The notes: generated by a model not told the origin, from the letters alone. A DNA stretch of 64,000 nucleotides from Azolla caroliniana (GCA_043228905.1 JBHGNT010000014.1:4340001-4404000); one strand, 5' to 3'; positions 1-11,913 are shown, numbered from the stretch's first letter. Numbers and translations are program-made.

Positions 1-748
1 CTTTCGATTTCATTGCTTTGAGTTTGTTGAGATTGATGTGCCCGATTCGCTCGTGCCATACCTCTATGTCGGAGTCGGCTTTCGTGCTTTTCGCGAACAT
101 GGCGGATTTCATCTCATGTGAATCGAGAATGAACATCCGGCCCTCTCTTCTTCCGCGTGCGATGATTCGGCCTTCTTTTTTGATGAAGCACCCTTCTTGA
201 TCGAATCGTACTTGCATCCCTTGCTCAACCATTTGGCCGACCGAGACCAAATTCTTCGTGATGGTGGGAACATGCAAGACATTTTTAATGTATGTTTGCT
301 TACCTCTTTCGCCGAACGGGACATTGCCGATGTGCCGAATCGGGTGCGTAGTGTCATCTCCGGTTTCGACATAACCGGGTCGCTCCGGCTTTCGAAGTTC
401 GAGAAACCATTCTTTATGGGATGTCATATGGTTTGAGGCTCCGGAGTCTACAAACCATACGTCCTCCGGATTGAGGGCACTAGTTGAGGTAGAGGCCGAC
501 ATAGAGTTTGCTCTATGTTTCATCATGAACATTCCGCCACGGTCGGAGTTGCATGCATACATTCCGCCACGATCTTCGTAGTCGGAATTGTGTGCGTAAT
601 TCGTGAGTTGTCGGCTTGTGGAAGCCGATTCACACATCTTCTTTCGGCAGTCTTCTTCGTGGTGGCCGAGCTTTCCGCAATATCCGCATTCGGTTGCGTT
701 TTGATGGCTCGGGTCGGAGTGGAAGCTCCCCTTTCTTGCGAAGGTTCC

Positions 749-1480
749 TCATTGGCCTCCATTTTGCAGCCGAAATTGGGAGTTGTTGTCGTAGGTCGGA
801 CCTCGTCCGCCTTGTCCTTGGCCGAATCGGCCTCTCGCTCGTCCGCGGCCTCTTCCTCCATTAGAGTGCGTGTAGCGCATGTGGCCTTCCGACTCATTGC
901 TCCTTGTACACACATGGTTTTCTTTGACCAATAGCATCGATTGGAGCTTGAAGAAGGAGGGAAACTTCTCACATGCTAGAACGGCGGTTCGCATCACGCC
1001 GAACCGTGGTGCGAGGCCACCGAGGCATATTTGCACCATCTCATCATCATCTATACTTACGCTTATTGAGCCGAGCGATTCGCAAAGCTCCTTGATCTTC
1101 AAGGTGTATGTCGTGATGGACATGTCCCTTTGTTGAATGTTGTTCAACTCTTGGCGGAGTTGAAGCTTCCTCGCGGTCGTGTTGGCGGCGAAAATCTTTC
1201 GTAGATTTTCCCACGCTTCCTTCGGCGTCTTGGCTTCTCGAATGTAACCGAGCATGTGATCGTGAACACATGTCGCCAAGCAATACATCACGTGGCTTGC
1301 GGCTTGCTCCCATGTCGCGTATCCGGGAGCCGCTTCGGCGGGTCGGTCTTCATGCGCTCCTTTGATGTAGCTCCAATAGCCTTGTCCGACAAGGTATTGG
1401 TGCATCTTGTACTCAAAAGATGTGAAGTTGTTTCGATCCAACTTTTCGGTAGGGAGAGCACTCCCCATTTGAGTATTCAT
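749..1480 (-). pseudogene. Copia gag (UBN2-type), ends at a premature stop
   Basis: EKLDRNNF..FEYKMHQYLVGQGYW, AWENLRKIF, ARKLQLRQELNNIQQ, ITTYTLKIKELCESL; the reading frame is broken after 749. Confidence 0.85.
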
Positions 1481-1642
1481 TATGTCAATTCTTCTTCTTC
1501 TTCTTCTTCTCTCTTCGAATGAGAGCTATGTAGCGAAGCTACGATAGCTATGAGCCGGTTCTTGGTCATCGGCGTAGAACACAACACACGATCACGATGA
1601 GGCAAATGGGCTAGATCAAGCTACCAAATCGCTATGATACCA

Positions 1643-2025
1643 TGTAAAGAATCAAGAGATGGATTCTTGTGAAGCGAAAGAGATATGAGTTATGTGTGTG
1701 TATGAGAGAGAGAGAGTGAGTGAGTGAGAGAGACAAGGAATATGCAAGGTAAAACTATATTGACAAAGGAGAAAGACTCAACATTATACAAAGTGGGAGG
1801 AGGGTGCTTTATGTATTCACCCTCTCTCTTCATTAACTACAAGACTCATGGAGCATGGGGAATGTGAAAGCTCATAAGTTATGTGCCATAGAATATGATT
1901 CTATGACTCATACTAAATGCTAGAATACAAAGTGGTGACATAATGGTGACTCTTGACAGTTGGAGTGTCTCTTCACTCTCAAGGTGAGTTCACACACTAG
2001 ACCAAGTTGAGCTTGATTCTCAACA
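1643..2025 (-). repeat. 5' LTR of the Copia element at the window start
   Basis: TG...CA ends; adjacent to the PBS; its start resembles the LTR starts at 29711 and 32283 (TGTTGAG..CAAGCTCAAC). Confidence 0.85.
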
Positions 2026-2311
2026 CGCCAAAATTAGACTCTTGCCGGAGAAGACCGTCCCACGCTTATCCTTCGTCTTTCAGATCGATATCCGTTCGGA
2101 GCCGGTCGTTGTCACTATCCTGGTCGTCCGGGTTTGGTTCAGCCTTGTGCCGCTTTTTGAATGCTTTGATCCTTTTCCCCGCCACCGGTACTGCCATCCT
2201 TGTCCCGTCGAGCTCCGCGAAATGGTAGGTCCCATTGTCGTTGGCACTTCAGATCGATATCCGTTCGGAGCCGGTCGTTGTCACTATCCTGGTCGTCCGG
2301 GTTTGGTTCAG
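2026..2311 (-). pseudogene. Gypsy integrase C-terminus (continuation of 9147-10810), with a local ~169-bp duplication
   Basis: 2137-2249 is identical to 9151-9263; 2081-2142 is repeated at 2250-2311; encodes NGTYHFAELDGTRMAVPVAGKRIKAFKKRH. Confidence 0.85.
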
Positions 2312-2663
2312 GGTGAAAGCATGCGAGTGGAAACAATTAGCTATGTCCTTGACATAGCTAATTAGCTATGCAAAAAGCTACCATTGATAAATAGTCATTT
2401 TAGTAAAAAGCCATCATTAATAAATTAAATATGCAAAAAACTACCATTGAAAATACTAGAGTGTTTTAATTACATATGTAAATGAGTGCCATAAATGTGC
2501 AACATAAATTGATGTGTGCACCATAAATGTGTACCATAAATTATATATCGAATTCCTAGGTCCATTATGCATGATCCTTTGCCACATCACGTAGGCCATC
2601 TCTAGTTGAGTACTGTGGGTTAGTTGCTACCACTGTTGCTAAACCCTATCGAGTCCACCTGCC

Positions 2664-3035
2664 GCCACTCTACACTGAGGGGCCGCTACTGTGCGTTCCA
2701 AGCATCATCAAAGAGCTGCTCAATCTGACGGGGTTCTCTTCTCTGTGACACTCTACACTCAGGGGCCACTACTGTGCATTCCAAGCATCATCAAAGAGCT
2801 GTTCAATCTGACGGGGTTCTCTTCTCTGTGCCACTCTACACTCAGGGGCCATTACTGTGCGTTCCAAGCATCATCAAAGAGCTGTTCAATCTGAGGGGGT
2901 TCTCTTCTCTGTGCCACTCTACACTCAGGGGCCATTACTGTGCGTTCCAAGCATCATCAAAGAGCTGTTCAATCTGAGGGGGTTCTCTTCTCTGTGCCAC
3001 TCTACACTCAGGGGCCGCTGCTGTGCGTTCCAAGC
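2664..3035 (+). repeat. 83-bp tandem repeat array, left part (~4.5 units)
   Basis: Unit GCCACTCTACACTCAGGGGCCGCTACTGTGCGTTCCAAGCATCATCAAAGAGCTGTTCAATCTGACGGGGTTCTCTTCTCTGT starting at 2664, 2747, 2830, 2913, 2996. Confidence 0.95.
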
Positions 3036-6000
3036 TGTTGGGATTACGGTCCCTTCGGATGGGATGGTCGGATATCGGAGATGAATGCCGACAAGCCCGG
3101 TTTCGGTTTCGGATCCGGATGACGAAGACCCCGGCTTCGGTGCCGGATGACGAATGTACCCGGAGAGCAATCCGGATGCAGGGACATATCCGTGAATATG
3201 TTCGCTACGAGCCCCCTGAGGCTATAGTTGTAAATAGCCCAAAGTCATATAAGTATAAATGTGACTTAGGGCAAACAGTTTTTCTGTTGCTCATTATTTT
3301 TCTGTTTTTCCACTCAAGAGGAGTGAAGAGGGAGCAGCCGTGAGAGAGAGAGAGAGATAGAGCGCGAGAGAGGAAGAGGTAGACGCCTCTGTGTATTTCC
3401 GCCGCCTGTGGCGAGGACAGCGAGCTCAAGGTCGTTGCCTTGCAGCTCGCCATTGTATATTTCTCTGTGCATAGTTTGGTTCGGAGTCTCGCACTCCCGT
3501 GGTTTTTCCCGTATAGGGTTTTCCACGTTAATCCCTGTGTATCGCGTCTTTCTCTGTATTTCCTATTTTCTGCTACATTGATCCGCGATTAATCGGTTGT
3601 GGCCGAGTGGTGAAGGTGAATCCAAGCGTTGATTCCCAACAAACTGGTATCAGAGCGACTGTTGCAGAAAATGGAAGGCGGCGGCAGCGGGCAGCCGACG
3701 ATGATGGTGCTGAATGCACAGAATTACGCCGACTGGAAGATCAAGATGGAGGATCTTCTGATTGTTCGGGACCTGTACGAACCGATTGACAGGTCGGAAA
3801 TACCGAAAGGGGTACTTGAGTCGGAGTGGAAGCTCCTGAACCGGAAAGCCGTAGCGACGATCCGACAATACGTCGATGTAAGCGTCCTACAACATGTGGC
3901 GAACGACACCAACGCATACGAGATGTGGAAGAAGCTGTCGGGCCTCTATGAGAGGAAGAATGCGTTGAACCGGACCTCCCTGATGAGGAAGATAGTGAAT
4001 CTCAAGTACCGGGACGGCGAGAGTATGGTGGAACACGTAAGCACGTTCATGGGATTCGTGAATCAGCTTGCGGCGATCAAGTTCCCGTTGGAGGATGCAA
4101 TGCAAGCCATCATCCTGATGTGTACATTGCCGGAAAGCTGGGAGAACTTGGTGGTGACTCTCAGCACCTCGTGCACCGAAGATAACTTGTCCTTACAAAC
4201 GGTAAAGACAAGTATTCTGAATGAAGAAGCGCGTCGGAGAGATAAGGAACCGGCCTCCGACCCGAAGATGCTGTTTACCGAATCGGATCGGGGAAGACAA
4301 TGGAACCGGAGTCCGCAAAGACGGGAGAAGTCTGGGACCCGGTCGCAGTCAAGAGGAAGACCCACATGCTTCCACTGTGGGAAGCCGGGGCACTTCCGAA
4401 AGAATTGTCGGCATTACCGAAAAGACAACGGAGCCGACGACACCGACTCGAAGAAGTCACCGGAGAGAAACGGTGCATACCGGGGAGCCACGGACCGGAG
4501 AGGTTCGGATCGGCGAGGGCAGGACCGGAAAGGAACAACGGCACTCGCGGCAAGTGAGGAAGAAATCATGCTCATCACCGAAGAAGGTGAGCTAAACGTT
4601 GCCGGCGATGAGACGACCTGGGTGGTCGATTCCGGAGCATCGTTCCACCTGACCCCGGAGAGAAGATACTTCTCATCCTACACAGCCGGTGAGCATGGCT
4701 GTGTTCGGATGGGAAATGAAGGTACGTGCCGGATTGCCGGCATAGGAGACGTGTGGTTGACAACCCCGACCGGATGCAAAATGCTGCTGAAGGATGTCCG
4801 ACATGTTCCGGAGGTTCGATTGAACCTGATCTCGGCCGGGAGGCTAGATGATGAAGGCTACACGGGTAGCATCCGGGACGGTGTCATGAAGTTCAGCAAG
4901 GGGAGCCTGATAGTGGCTCGGGCCCGGAAGGTCAACACTCTGTACCTGATGAATGCCCGGTTATGTCCGGAAGAGCTGAATGTGGCAGCCGACACTGCCG
5001 GTGAGCTGTGGCACAAAAGACTGTGCCACATGAGTGAGAAGGGGATGAAGAGGCTTGCAGAAGACAACCTCATCCCAGTGAAGCACGTGCACCTGGAGAA
5101 GTGCACCGACTGCCTGGCCGGTAAGCAGAACCGAACCTCCTTCCACTCAAGGCCACCGACGAGACGTAGCGCACCATTGGAGTTGGTGCACACTGATGTG
5201 TGTCAGGTAGAAACGAAGTCACATGGCGGAGCCCAGTACTTCGTAACATTCATAGATGATCACAGCCGAAGACTGTGGACGGCACCGTTGAAGACAAAGG
5301 ACCAAGTGTTGTCCGTCTTCAAAGAACTCCACGCGAGAGTGGAAAGAGAATCCGGCAAGAAGCTGAAAGCGATACGAGCGGATAACGGAGGGGAATACCG
5401 AGGGCAGTTCCAGGAGTACTGTCGCTCGAAGGGAATCCGACTCGAGTTTACTGTGCCGAAGACGCCGGAACTGAACGGGCTGGCCGAGAGGATGAACCGG
5501 ACCATAATGGAGCGGGTCCGGAGTATGCTGGCGCATGCGAAATTACCCAAGGGGTTTTGGGCTGAGGCAATGTCGACGGCGACATATGTGATAAACAGAT
5601 CACCCTCAGTTCCTTTGGACGGAGACACGCCGCAGAGAGTGTGGACCGGTAAGGAAGTGTCCTACCGGCATCTGAAGGTGTTCGGGTGTCTCGCATACGT
5701 GCATGTGGCAAAGGACCGGAGAGGAAAGCTAGATCCTAAGACCCGGCCATGCATATTCCTCAGTTACGGCGACGACGAGTTCGGCTACCGAGTATGGGAC
5801 CCGGTCGACAAGAAGATATTCAGGAGTCGTGATATCATCTTCATGGAGAACAAGACGCTCGCCGACTGGGAGTCGGAGAAGAAGATGAAGAGCTCCAAGT
5901 CGATCGGTGAGGATCAACTCTACGAGGAGCAGTCCCGACCGGCAAGGGACCGGTTAGCACTCGAGGATCCGGCCGAAGACGGTGAAGAAACAGAACCGGC

Positions 6001-8363
6001 CGAAGAAGATGAAAATGATACCGGAACCGGCCCCGATCCCGAAATGGATTCGGATGAAGAAGAAGAATCGGAAGAACCGGTTACCGAAGCTCCGGAACGG
6101 AGATACCCTCTAAGAGAGAGAAGGGCCCCCCGGAGATTTCCGGAACCAGAGCACGTGTTGCTAACCGACGAGGGGGAGCCGGAGAGCTTTGAAGAAGCAA
6201 AGCATGACACCCAGAGCCGCAGGTGGTTGAGTGCCATGCAGGACGAGATGGATTCCCTGCATGAGAACCACACATATGAACTTGTGGAGTTGCCGAAAGG
6301 AAAGCGGGCACTGCGAAACAAGTGGGTGTTCAAGCTGAAACCGGGAGATGCCGGAAACCCCCCGAGATACAAAGCCAGGATCGTGGTGAAGGGGTTTCAG
6401 CAGAAGAAGGGCGTCGACTTCGACGAGATATTTGCCCCGGTAGTGAAGATGACCTCCATCCGGACGGTGCTGAGCATAGCGGCAAGCATGGACCTCGAGG
6501 TAGAACAGATGGACGTGAAGACGGCATTCCTTCACGGTGACCTCGAAGAAGAGATCTACATGCAGCAACCGGAAGGATTCGAGAAGAAAGGGAAGGAGCA
6601 CCTGGTATGCCGGTTGAAGAAGAGCCTTTACGGACTGAAGCAGGCTCCCCGGCAATGGTACCGGAAGTTCGACTCCTTCATGACCGACGAAGGGTACCTC
6701 AAAACGCAGTCCGACCACTGCGTGTTTGTGAAGAAGTTCGAAGGAGGAGACTCCCTAATACTCCTCCTGTACGTGGACGACATGTTGATCGTCGGACGGG
6801 ACCAGGTCAAGATACGGATGCTGAAGAAGGCTCTTCACCGAACCTTCTCAATGAAGGACCTGGGTCCGGCGAGGCAAATACTAGGGATGCACATCATCCG
6901 GGACCGGAGCAAGAAGCAGTTGTGGCTGTCACAAGAGAAGTACGTGACAAAGGTGCTTCAACGGTTCAACATGTCGGAAGCAAGACCGGTCGGATCAACC
7001 CTACCGGCAAACTGCAAGTTGTCCAGCAAGCAAAGTCCCAAGACAAAGGCTGAAAAGGAGGATATGATGAAAGTGCCGTATGCCTCAGCTGTCGGGAGCT
7101 TGATGTACGCCATGGTGTGTACGAGACCGGACATCGGATATGCAGTCGGAGTGGTGAGCCGGTACATGAGCAATCCCGGCAAAGAGCATTGGAACGCGGC
7201 CAAGTGGATACTCCGATACCTGAAGGTCACGGCAAACGTGTGCCTCCGATTCGGCTCCGGTAAGCCCGAACTCGAAGGCTTTACTGATTCTGATATGTCG
7301 GCTGATGCAGATACCAGCCGGTCCACATTAGGGTATGTGATGACGTATGCAGGGGGAGCTGTTTCGTGGCAGTCGAGGCTGCAGAAGACGGTTGCGTTGT
7401 CAACCACGGAGGCGGAGTACATGGCGGCTGTTGAAGCCGGCAAGGAAATAATATGGATGAAGGACTTCATTAGAGAGCTCGGTATCCGGCAAGAGGAGTA
7501 CCGACTCTACTGCGATAGTCAGAGTGCCATCCACCTTGCGAAGAACGCGGCCTACCATTCCCGGACGAAACACATCCAGCGTAGATACCACTGGATCCGG
7601 GAAAGGATAGAGGACAAGGAGTTCGTGCTGACGAAGATCCACACGGACGAGAACGGGTCGGATATGCTGACCAAGGTCCTCACACCCGACAAGCTGGAAG
7701 CATGCCGGAAGAGGGTCGGATTGGAGAGACATCCCATGCCGAAGTGAAGGGGGAGTTTGTTGGGATTACGGTCCCTTCGGATGGGATGGTCGGATATCGG
7801 AGATGAATGCCGACAAGCCCGGTTTCGGTTTCGGATCCGGATGACGAAGACCCCGGCTTCGGTGCCGGATGACGAATGTACCCGGAGAGCAATCCGGATG
7901 CAGGGACATATCCGTGAATATGTTCGCTACGAGCCCCCTGAGGCTATAGTTGTAAATAGCCCAAAGTCATATAAGTATAAATGTGACTTAGGGCAAACAG
8001 TTTTTCTGTTGCTCATTATTTTTCTGTTTTTCCACTCAAGAGGAGTGAAGAGGGAGCAGCCGTGAGAGAGAGAGAGAGATAGAGCGCGAGAGAGGAAGAG
8101 GTAGACGCCTCTGTGTATTTCCGCCGCCTGTGGCGAGGACAGCGAGCTCAAGGTCGTTGCCTTGCAGCTCGCCATTGTATATTTCTCTGTGCATAGTTTG
8201 GTTCGGAGTCTCGCACTCCCGTGGTTTTTCCCGTATAGGGTTTTCCACGTTAATCCCTGTGTATCGCGTCTTTCTCTGTATTTCCTATTTTCTGCTACAT
8301 TGATCCGCGATTAATCGGTTGTGGCCGAGTGGTGAAGGTGAATCCAAGCGTTGATTGCCAACA
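3036..8363 (+). mobile_element. Full-length young Ty1/Copia LTR retrotransposon
   Basis: 606-bp LTRs 3036-3641 and 7758-8363 (one mismatch seen by eye); TSD CAAGC (3031-3035, 8364-8368); PBS TGGTATCAGAGC 3645-3656; PPT GAAGTGAAGGGGGAG 7741-7755; single open ORF. Confidence 0.98.
3671..7747 (+). CDS. Copia Gag-Pol polyprotein (Gag, CCHC knuckle, protease, integrase, RT, RNase H)
   Basis: CFHCGKPGHFRKNC; WVVDSGAS; LWHKRLCH..C..C; LVHTD, RADNGGEY, NGLAERMNRT; YKARIVVKG, QMDVKTAFLHG, LLYVDDML; FTDSD, STTEAEY, YCDSQSAI. First ATG after the PBS is at 3671. Confidence 0.97.
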   Translation: MEGGGSGQPTMMVLNAQNYADWKIKMEDLLIVRDLYEPIDRSEIPKGVLESEWKLLNRKAVATIRQYVDVSVLQHVANDTNAYEMWKKLSGLYERKNALNRTSLMRKIVNLKYRDGESMVEHVSTFMGFVNQLAAIKFPLEDAMQAIILMCTLPESWENLVVTLSTSCTEDNLSLQTVKTSILNEEARRRDKEPASDPKMLFTESDRGRQWNRSPQRREKSGTRSQSRGRPTCFHCGKPGHFRKNCRHYRKDNGADDTDSKKSPERNGAYRGATDRRGSDRRGQDRKGTTALAASEEEIMLITEEGELNVAGDETTWVVDSGASFHLTPERRYFSSYTAGEHGCVRMGNEGTCRIAGIGDVWLTTPTGCKMLLKDVRHVPEVRLNLISAGRLDDEGYTGSIRDGVMKFSKGSLIVARARKVNTLYLMNARLCPEELNVAADTAGELWHKRLCHMSEKGMKRLAEDNLIPVKHVHLEKCTDCLAGKQNRTSFHSRPPTRRSAPLELVHTDVCQVETKSHGGAQYFVTFIDDHSRRLWTAPLKTKDQVLSVFKELHARVERESGKKLKAIRADNGGEYRGQFQEYCRSKGIRLEFTVPKTPELNGLAERMNRTIMERVRSMLAHAKLPKGFWAEAMSTATYVINRSPSVPLDGDTPQRVWTGKEVSYRHLKVFGCLAYVHVAKDRRGKLDPKTRPCIFLSYGDDEFGYRVWDPVDKKIFRSRDIIFMENKTLADWESEKKMKSSKSIGEDQLYEEQSRPARDRLALEDPAEDGEETEPAEEDENDTGTGPDPEMDSDEEEESEEPVTEAPERRYPLRERRAPRRFPEPEHVLLTDEGEPESFEEAKHDTQSRRWLSAMQDEMDSLHENHTYELVELPKGKRALRNKWVFKLKPGDAGNPPRYKARIVVKGFQQKKGVDFDEIFAPVVKMTSIRTVLSIAASMDLEVEQMDVKTAFLHGDLEEEIYMQQPEGFEKKGKEHLVCRLKKSLYGLKQAPRQWYRKFDSFMTDEGYLKTQSDHCVFVKKFEGGDSLILLLYVDDMLIVGRDQVKIRMLKKALHRTFSMKDLGPARQILGMHIIRDRSKKQLWLSQEKYVTKVLQRFNMSEARPVGSTLPANCKLSSKQSPKTKAEKEDMMKVPYASAVGSLMYAMVCTRPDIGYAVGVVSRYMSNPGKEHWNAAKWILRYLKVTANVCLRFGSGKPELEGFTDSDMSADADTSRSTLGYVMTYAGGAVSWQSRLQKTVALSTTEAEYMAAVEAGKEIIWMKDFIRELGIRQEEYRLYCDSQSAIHLAKNAAYHSRTKHIQRRYHWIRERIEDKEFVLTKIHTDENGSDMLTKVLTPDKLEACRKRVGLERHPMPK

Positions 8364-8368
8364 CAAGC

Positions 8369-8850
8369 ATCATCAAAGAGCTGTTCAATCTGACGGGGTT
8401 CTCTTCTCTTTGCCACTCTACACTCAGGGGTTGCTACTGTGCGTTCCAAGCATAATCAAAGAGCTATTCAATCTGACGGGGTTCTCTTCTCTTTTCCCCT
8501 CTCACTCAGGGGCCGCTACTGTGCGTTTCAAGCATCATTGGTAACTGTTCAATCTGACAGGGTTCTCTTCTCTTTTCCACTCTCACTCAGGGGCCGCTAC
8601 TGTGCGTTTCAAGCATCATTGGTAACTGTTCAATCTGACGGGGTTCTCTTCTCTATGCCACTCTATTCTCAAGTGCCTTCTATGTGCGTTTCAAGCATCA
8701 TCGGTAACTGTTCAATCTGACGGGGTTCTCTCCTCCATTGCCATCATTCTATACTCAGTTGCCACTAATGTCCAGTCCCGGATTGCTTCCACATTTCGAT
8801 TTGACGGAGTTCACTCATCCAACGGCAACATTCTACACTCAGTTGTTGCC
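8369..8850 (+). repeat. 83-bp tandem array, right part (~6 units, degenerating rightwards)
   Basis: Resumes in register after the CAAGC TSD; units near 8412, 8495, 8576, 8657, 8740. Confidence 0.9.
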
Positions 8851-9146
8851 ATTGGTCGGTCTTGGATCGCCTCCTCAACTGTTGGATCCAACAGAGTGAA
8901 ATCCTCTACTGTTCGGTCTTGGATTGCAATAACTTTTCTGTCTATTGATTATCTTGTGTATTGTTGTGTCTAATCTTGTGTATTGTGTGGAATATTTTTG
9001 TGTATTGTTGTTGCCCATAGCCATCTTTAATACTTGTTTTTTTTTCTGGAAATTTAGGGTTTTAACATGTCTAGCCAAATGGAAGGGGAAGAAGGGTGTT
9101 TAGAATTACCTCTCAATGATCATAAGGATAGGGAATAGTACTTTCA

Positions 9147-10810
9147 GGGTGTTCAGCCTTGTGCCGCTTTTTGAATGCTTTGATCCTTTTCCCCGCCACC
9201 GGTACTGCCATCCTTGTCCCGTCGAGCTCCGCGAAATGGTAGGTCCCATTGTCGTTGGCACTTGTCACCGCATAAGGCCCGAACAACCTTCTTGCAAACT
9301 TCCGCATTGCCCTGTGCTGGTTGTCAAGGTTGTTGTCATACACTAGAACCCAGTCGCCTTCCTCGATCTTCTTTGGTCTCAGTCGGTGAGTCCGGTCGAA
9401 CCGTCCTTTGTTCTTTACCCTCGCCACTCGTAGCTTCTCCGCAGCTCGGTCCACGTCCTCCGGTCTTCGCTCTAGTTGCCGAATCTGTGCCTCTAACAGC
9501 TCCTCCCGGTTCATCTCATCTTTCCAGTCCACCGTCGCCCATGAGGAGATTGTCTGCTCTGTTGGCATGATCGGCTTCTGCCCGTACATTAGCTCTGTCG
9601 GCATGAACCCGGTTACCGAACTGTGCGTAGTTCGGTCCGCCCACAACGCAGAGGGTAAGAGCCGCGGACAGTTCCCGACTTGGCCTCCACACGCCCATAC
9701 TAACGCTTTGATGATCAGCCCGTGTCCGCGTTCCACCTTCCTGTTAGCCTCCGGATTGTACGTTGTGGTGAGCGAGAGTTTAATCCCTAGCCGGTCAAAC
9801 AGCTCTTCCACCTCTTGCGCATCCAACTCCCTGTGGTCGGCCACGATCTTACCTACGCGCCCGTACCGGCATACCACTTCTTCGATCCGAAATCAGCACA
9901 CGGCCGTGGTCGTTTTGTTCTGCAACGCTAGGCCTTCCACCTGGTTCGTCAGGTCCTCCCGAGCCAGCACCAGATACCGCATCTGCCCTACCCCCATCGG
10001 CATCGTCACCAGATCCACCATCCACTTGAAGTGGACGGTCGTAGGGTAGGTCGGGTGAAGCTCGTCCCGATGTCGGACTATGGAGTGCACCTGACAGCTT
10101 TCGCAAGTCGTCACGAACCGATGCACATCCCGGTATAGTCCCGGCCACCAGTACTTCCCCTTTAGCTTCTCGAATGTGGCCCACGTCCCGCGGTGTCCGG
10201 CCCAGGGACTCTCATGGTATGACGTCAACAATTCTTCCTGTTCCTCTTTCTTCGCCACCACTCGGAGCGGGATGTCGTTTCTCTTCTTCGGGTGCTTCCA
10301 TAAGCTCTCGTCCCGTAGGAAGAATCGGTATGCTTTCTTCCGAATCCGGTTGGTCTCTTCCTTCGTCCACGCCGCATCCAGTGTCATTGTCTTTAGGAAC
10401 CCGCCGATCTGGAGCCACTCCCCATCGTACTTGCTCTCGTCGAATTCGTTAAGCGCTAGAGTGCTTCCCTTTCTTGTTGTTACATTAGCTGACCCGAAGA
10501 AGTCCTCGTCGACTTCTTCGTCATTCGAAACCATGCAGTCCTCATCGTTGAAACGCGCCCTTGAAAGCATATTGTCCATGGCGTTATCCTTTCCGAAGAT
10601 GTGTCATATCTCCATGTTCAGGGACTTGATGTACGCGATCCACCTGAGCATCGCCAGGTCCGGAGTCGCGGATCCGGAAACCATACCCAGAATCGGTAGG
10701 CAATCCGTCTCGATGATCACTTCCGTCCCGATCAGATAGTCCTTCTCGGCCTTGACTACCAAAACGATACCCCATAGCTCGCGCTTGATTTGGGCGTATC
10801 CTCGTTGTCG
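9147..10810 (-). pseudogene. Gypsy pol 3' part (RNase H C-terminal half + integrase), frameshifted
   Basis: RQRGYAQIKRELWGIV..ETDCLP (RNase H); HESPWAGHRG..YWWP..CESCQ (integrase Zn finger); WMVDLV, VADHRELD, YNPEANRKVERGH; GPY motif. Confidence 0.92.
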
Positions 10811-11913
10811 TGGAGAAAACCTTCCCTAGGCGGAAACCGGGTATAACGTGCGTAAACCGGCCCTTACACGTGGGCACAAGTTTTGTTGTATAGTACATAG
10901 ATAGGTACAAGTCGGCTGAGGTGAAATCCTAGGTAGCACGCATTCATTAGGGAGAAAATCGAGGCGTATCCCTGGAATAAACATGATGTAATGGGTGGTA
11001 ACGGCCTCCCTCCTTGGGCTATAAAAGAGAGGGAGAGGTATTGTGAAGGAGGATATCGCATTTTGTGGAGGACGAAATGCTGCCGGACTGGAACTAAGCT
11101 CTTCTCCTCTATCTTCTCCATAGTCGTTTTGTGCAGGTTTTCAGGAGGCCGACTCTGCTCCGCGGAACGCTCAAGTGCTTCCGGCAGGGTCTCCATCTCG
11201 CGTTCTGTGTGTGTGCAGGCGTCGGAGCCTATCACTCGCCGGCTTGCCGGTTGTAACTCCTTGATCTATATATACATATACATTCGTTCTGTCTCCATTG
11301 TTCAGAGTTAGTTGCAACTCCTGTGAATCTCTGTGTTTGTGCGCGTGTGAAGTACATCGGTAGGTTCCTTCCCCTCTTCTCATTCGGTTATTTCTCGGTC
11401 CAAGGCCCCTGTGGTCCTGCCTCGTTCTCCACGCACGCGAGTAACTGTTACCCGGACCCGGACAGTCAGTTTTACCGAACAAGTGGGAAAGCGTCGAAAA
11501 CAGAGTCGGTTCGGATCGACTGTTCGGATTAATGACTCAGCAGTAAACGAAGAGAACTAAGTTAGTTAGATAATTTTGTAAATCTTGATAGTAAGTAGGA
11601 ATAGTTCTTGATGAGAAAAGACCTTCGGTATACCTATAAAAGGGAACCGAAGGCATTGTAAGAAAGGTCGTTCTATTTAGTAATATAAGTTTAAGTTAGG
11701 GATATCTTGTACGAATTCTGTGTTTCTTTTATTGTCTATGATCTTAAGTGCAAGCTTCCTAATTTATAACTAAGTAACGATCACGGTAATTACCGATTAA
11801 TACAGTATAATTCCGTTCGTAAAACACAATTCCTTGTTAGAACGTTGAGTAGCGACGTTCACTCTTCTGTATCGGTAGTAGTTAGTACTTAGCCGATTAA
11901 CACAGAAGAATTT

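Larger units (their letters stand above)
1..2025 (-). mobile_element. Ty1/Copia LTR retrotransposon, degenerate, 5' part (5' LTR, PBS, gag, protease, GAG-pre-integrase); runs off the window start
   Basis: On the minus strand: LTR 2025-1643 (TGTTGAGAATCAAGCTC...TTTACA), PBS TGGTATCATAGC (tRNA-iMet type) at 1642-1631, Copia gag ORF 749-1480, then frameshifted Zn-knuckle, protease (WFVDSGAS) and downstream segments. Confidence 0.9.
2314..9146. mobile_element. Non-coding ~1.5-kb insertion of unknown class carrying an 83-bp tandem array; interrupted by the Copia at 3036-8363
   Basis: Interrupts the Gypsy integrase; imperfect inverted ends TGAAAGCA...TACTTTCA; 9-bp direct repeat TTCAGGGTG at 2307-2315 and 9143-9151. 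Confidence 0.6.

Noticed and set aside
2691-3122. Repeated short ORFs (MRSKHHQRAVQS...)
   Set aside because: By-products of an 83-bp period shifting frame; non-ATG starts and no coding signature.
3629-3670. ORF-track starts upstream of the Copia ATG (also 53211)
   Set aside because: These lie in the LTR/PBS; the real starts are ATG 3671 and ATG 53154.
3650-7892. Many overlapping antisense and alternate-frame ORFs in the Copia elements (also 49187-53109)
   Set aside because: Expected shadows of GC-rich coding sequence; no motifs.
2664-8850. 83-bp array as a CRISPR array or tRNA cluster
   Set aside because: The units are contiguous and near-identical with no unique spacers, there are no cas genes, no cloverleaf or A/B boxes, and the context is eukaryotic.
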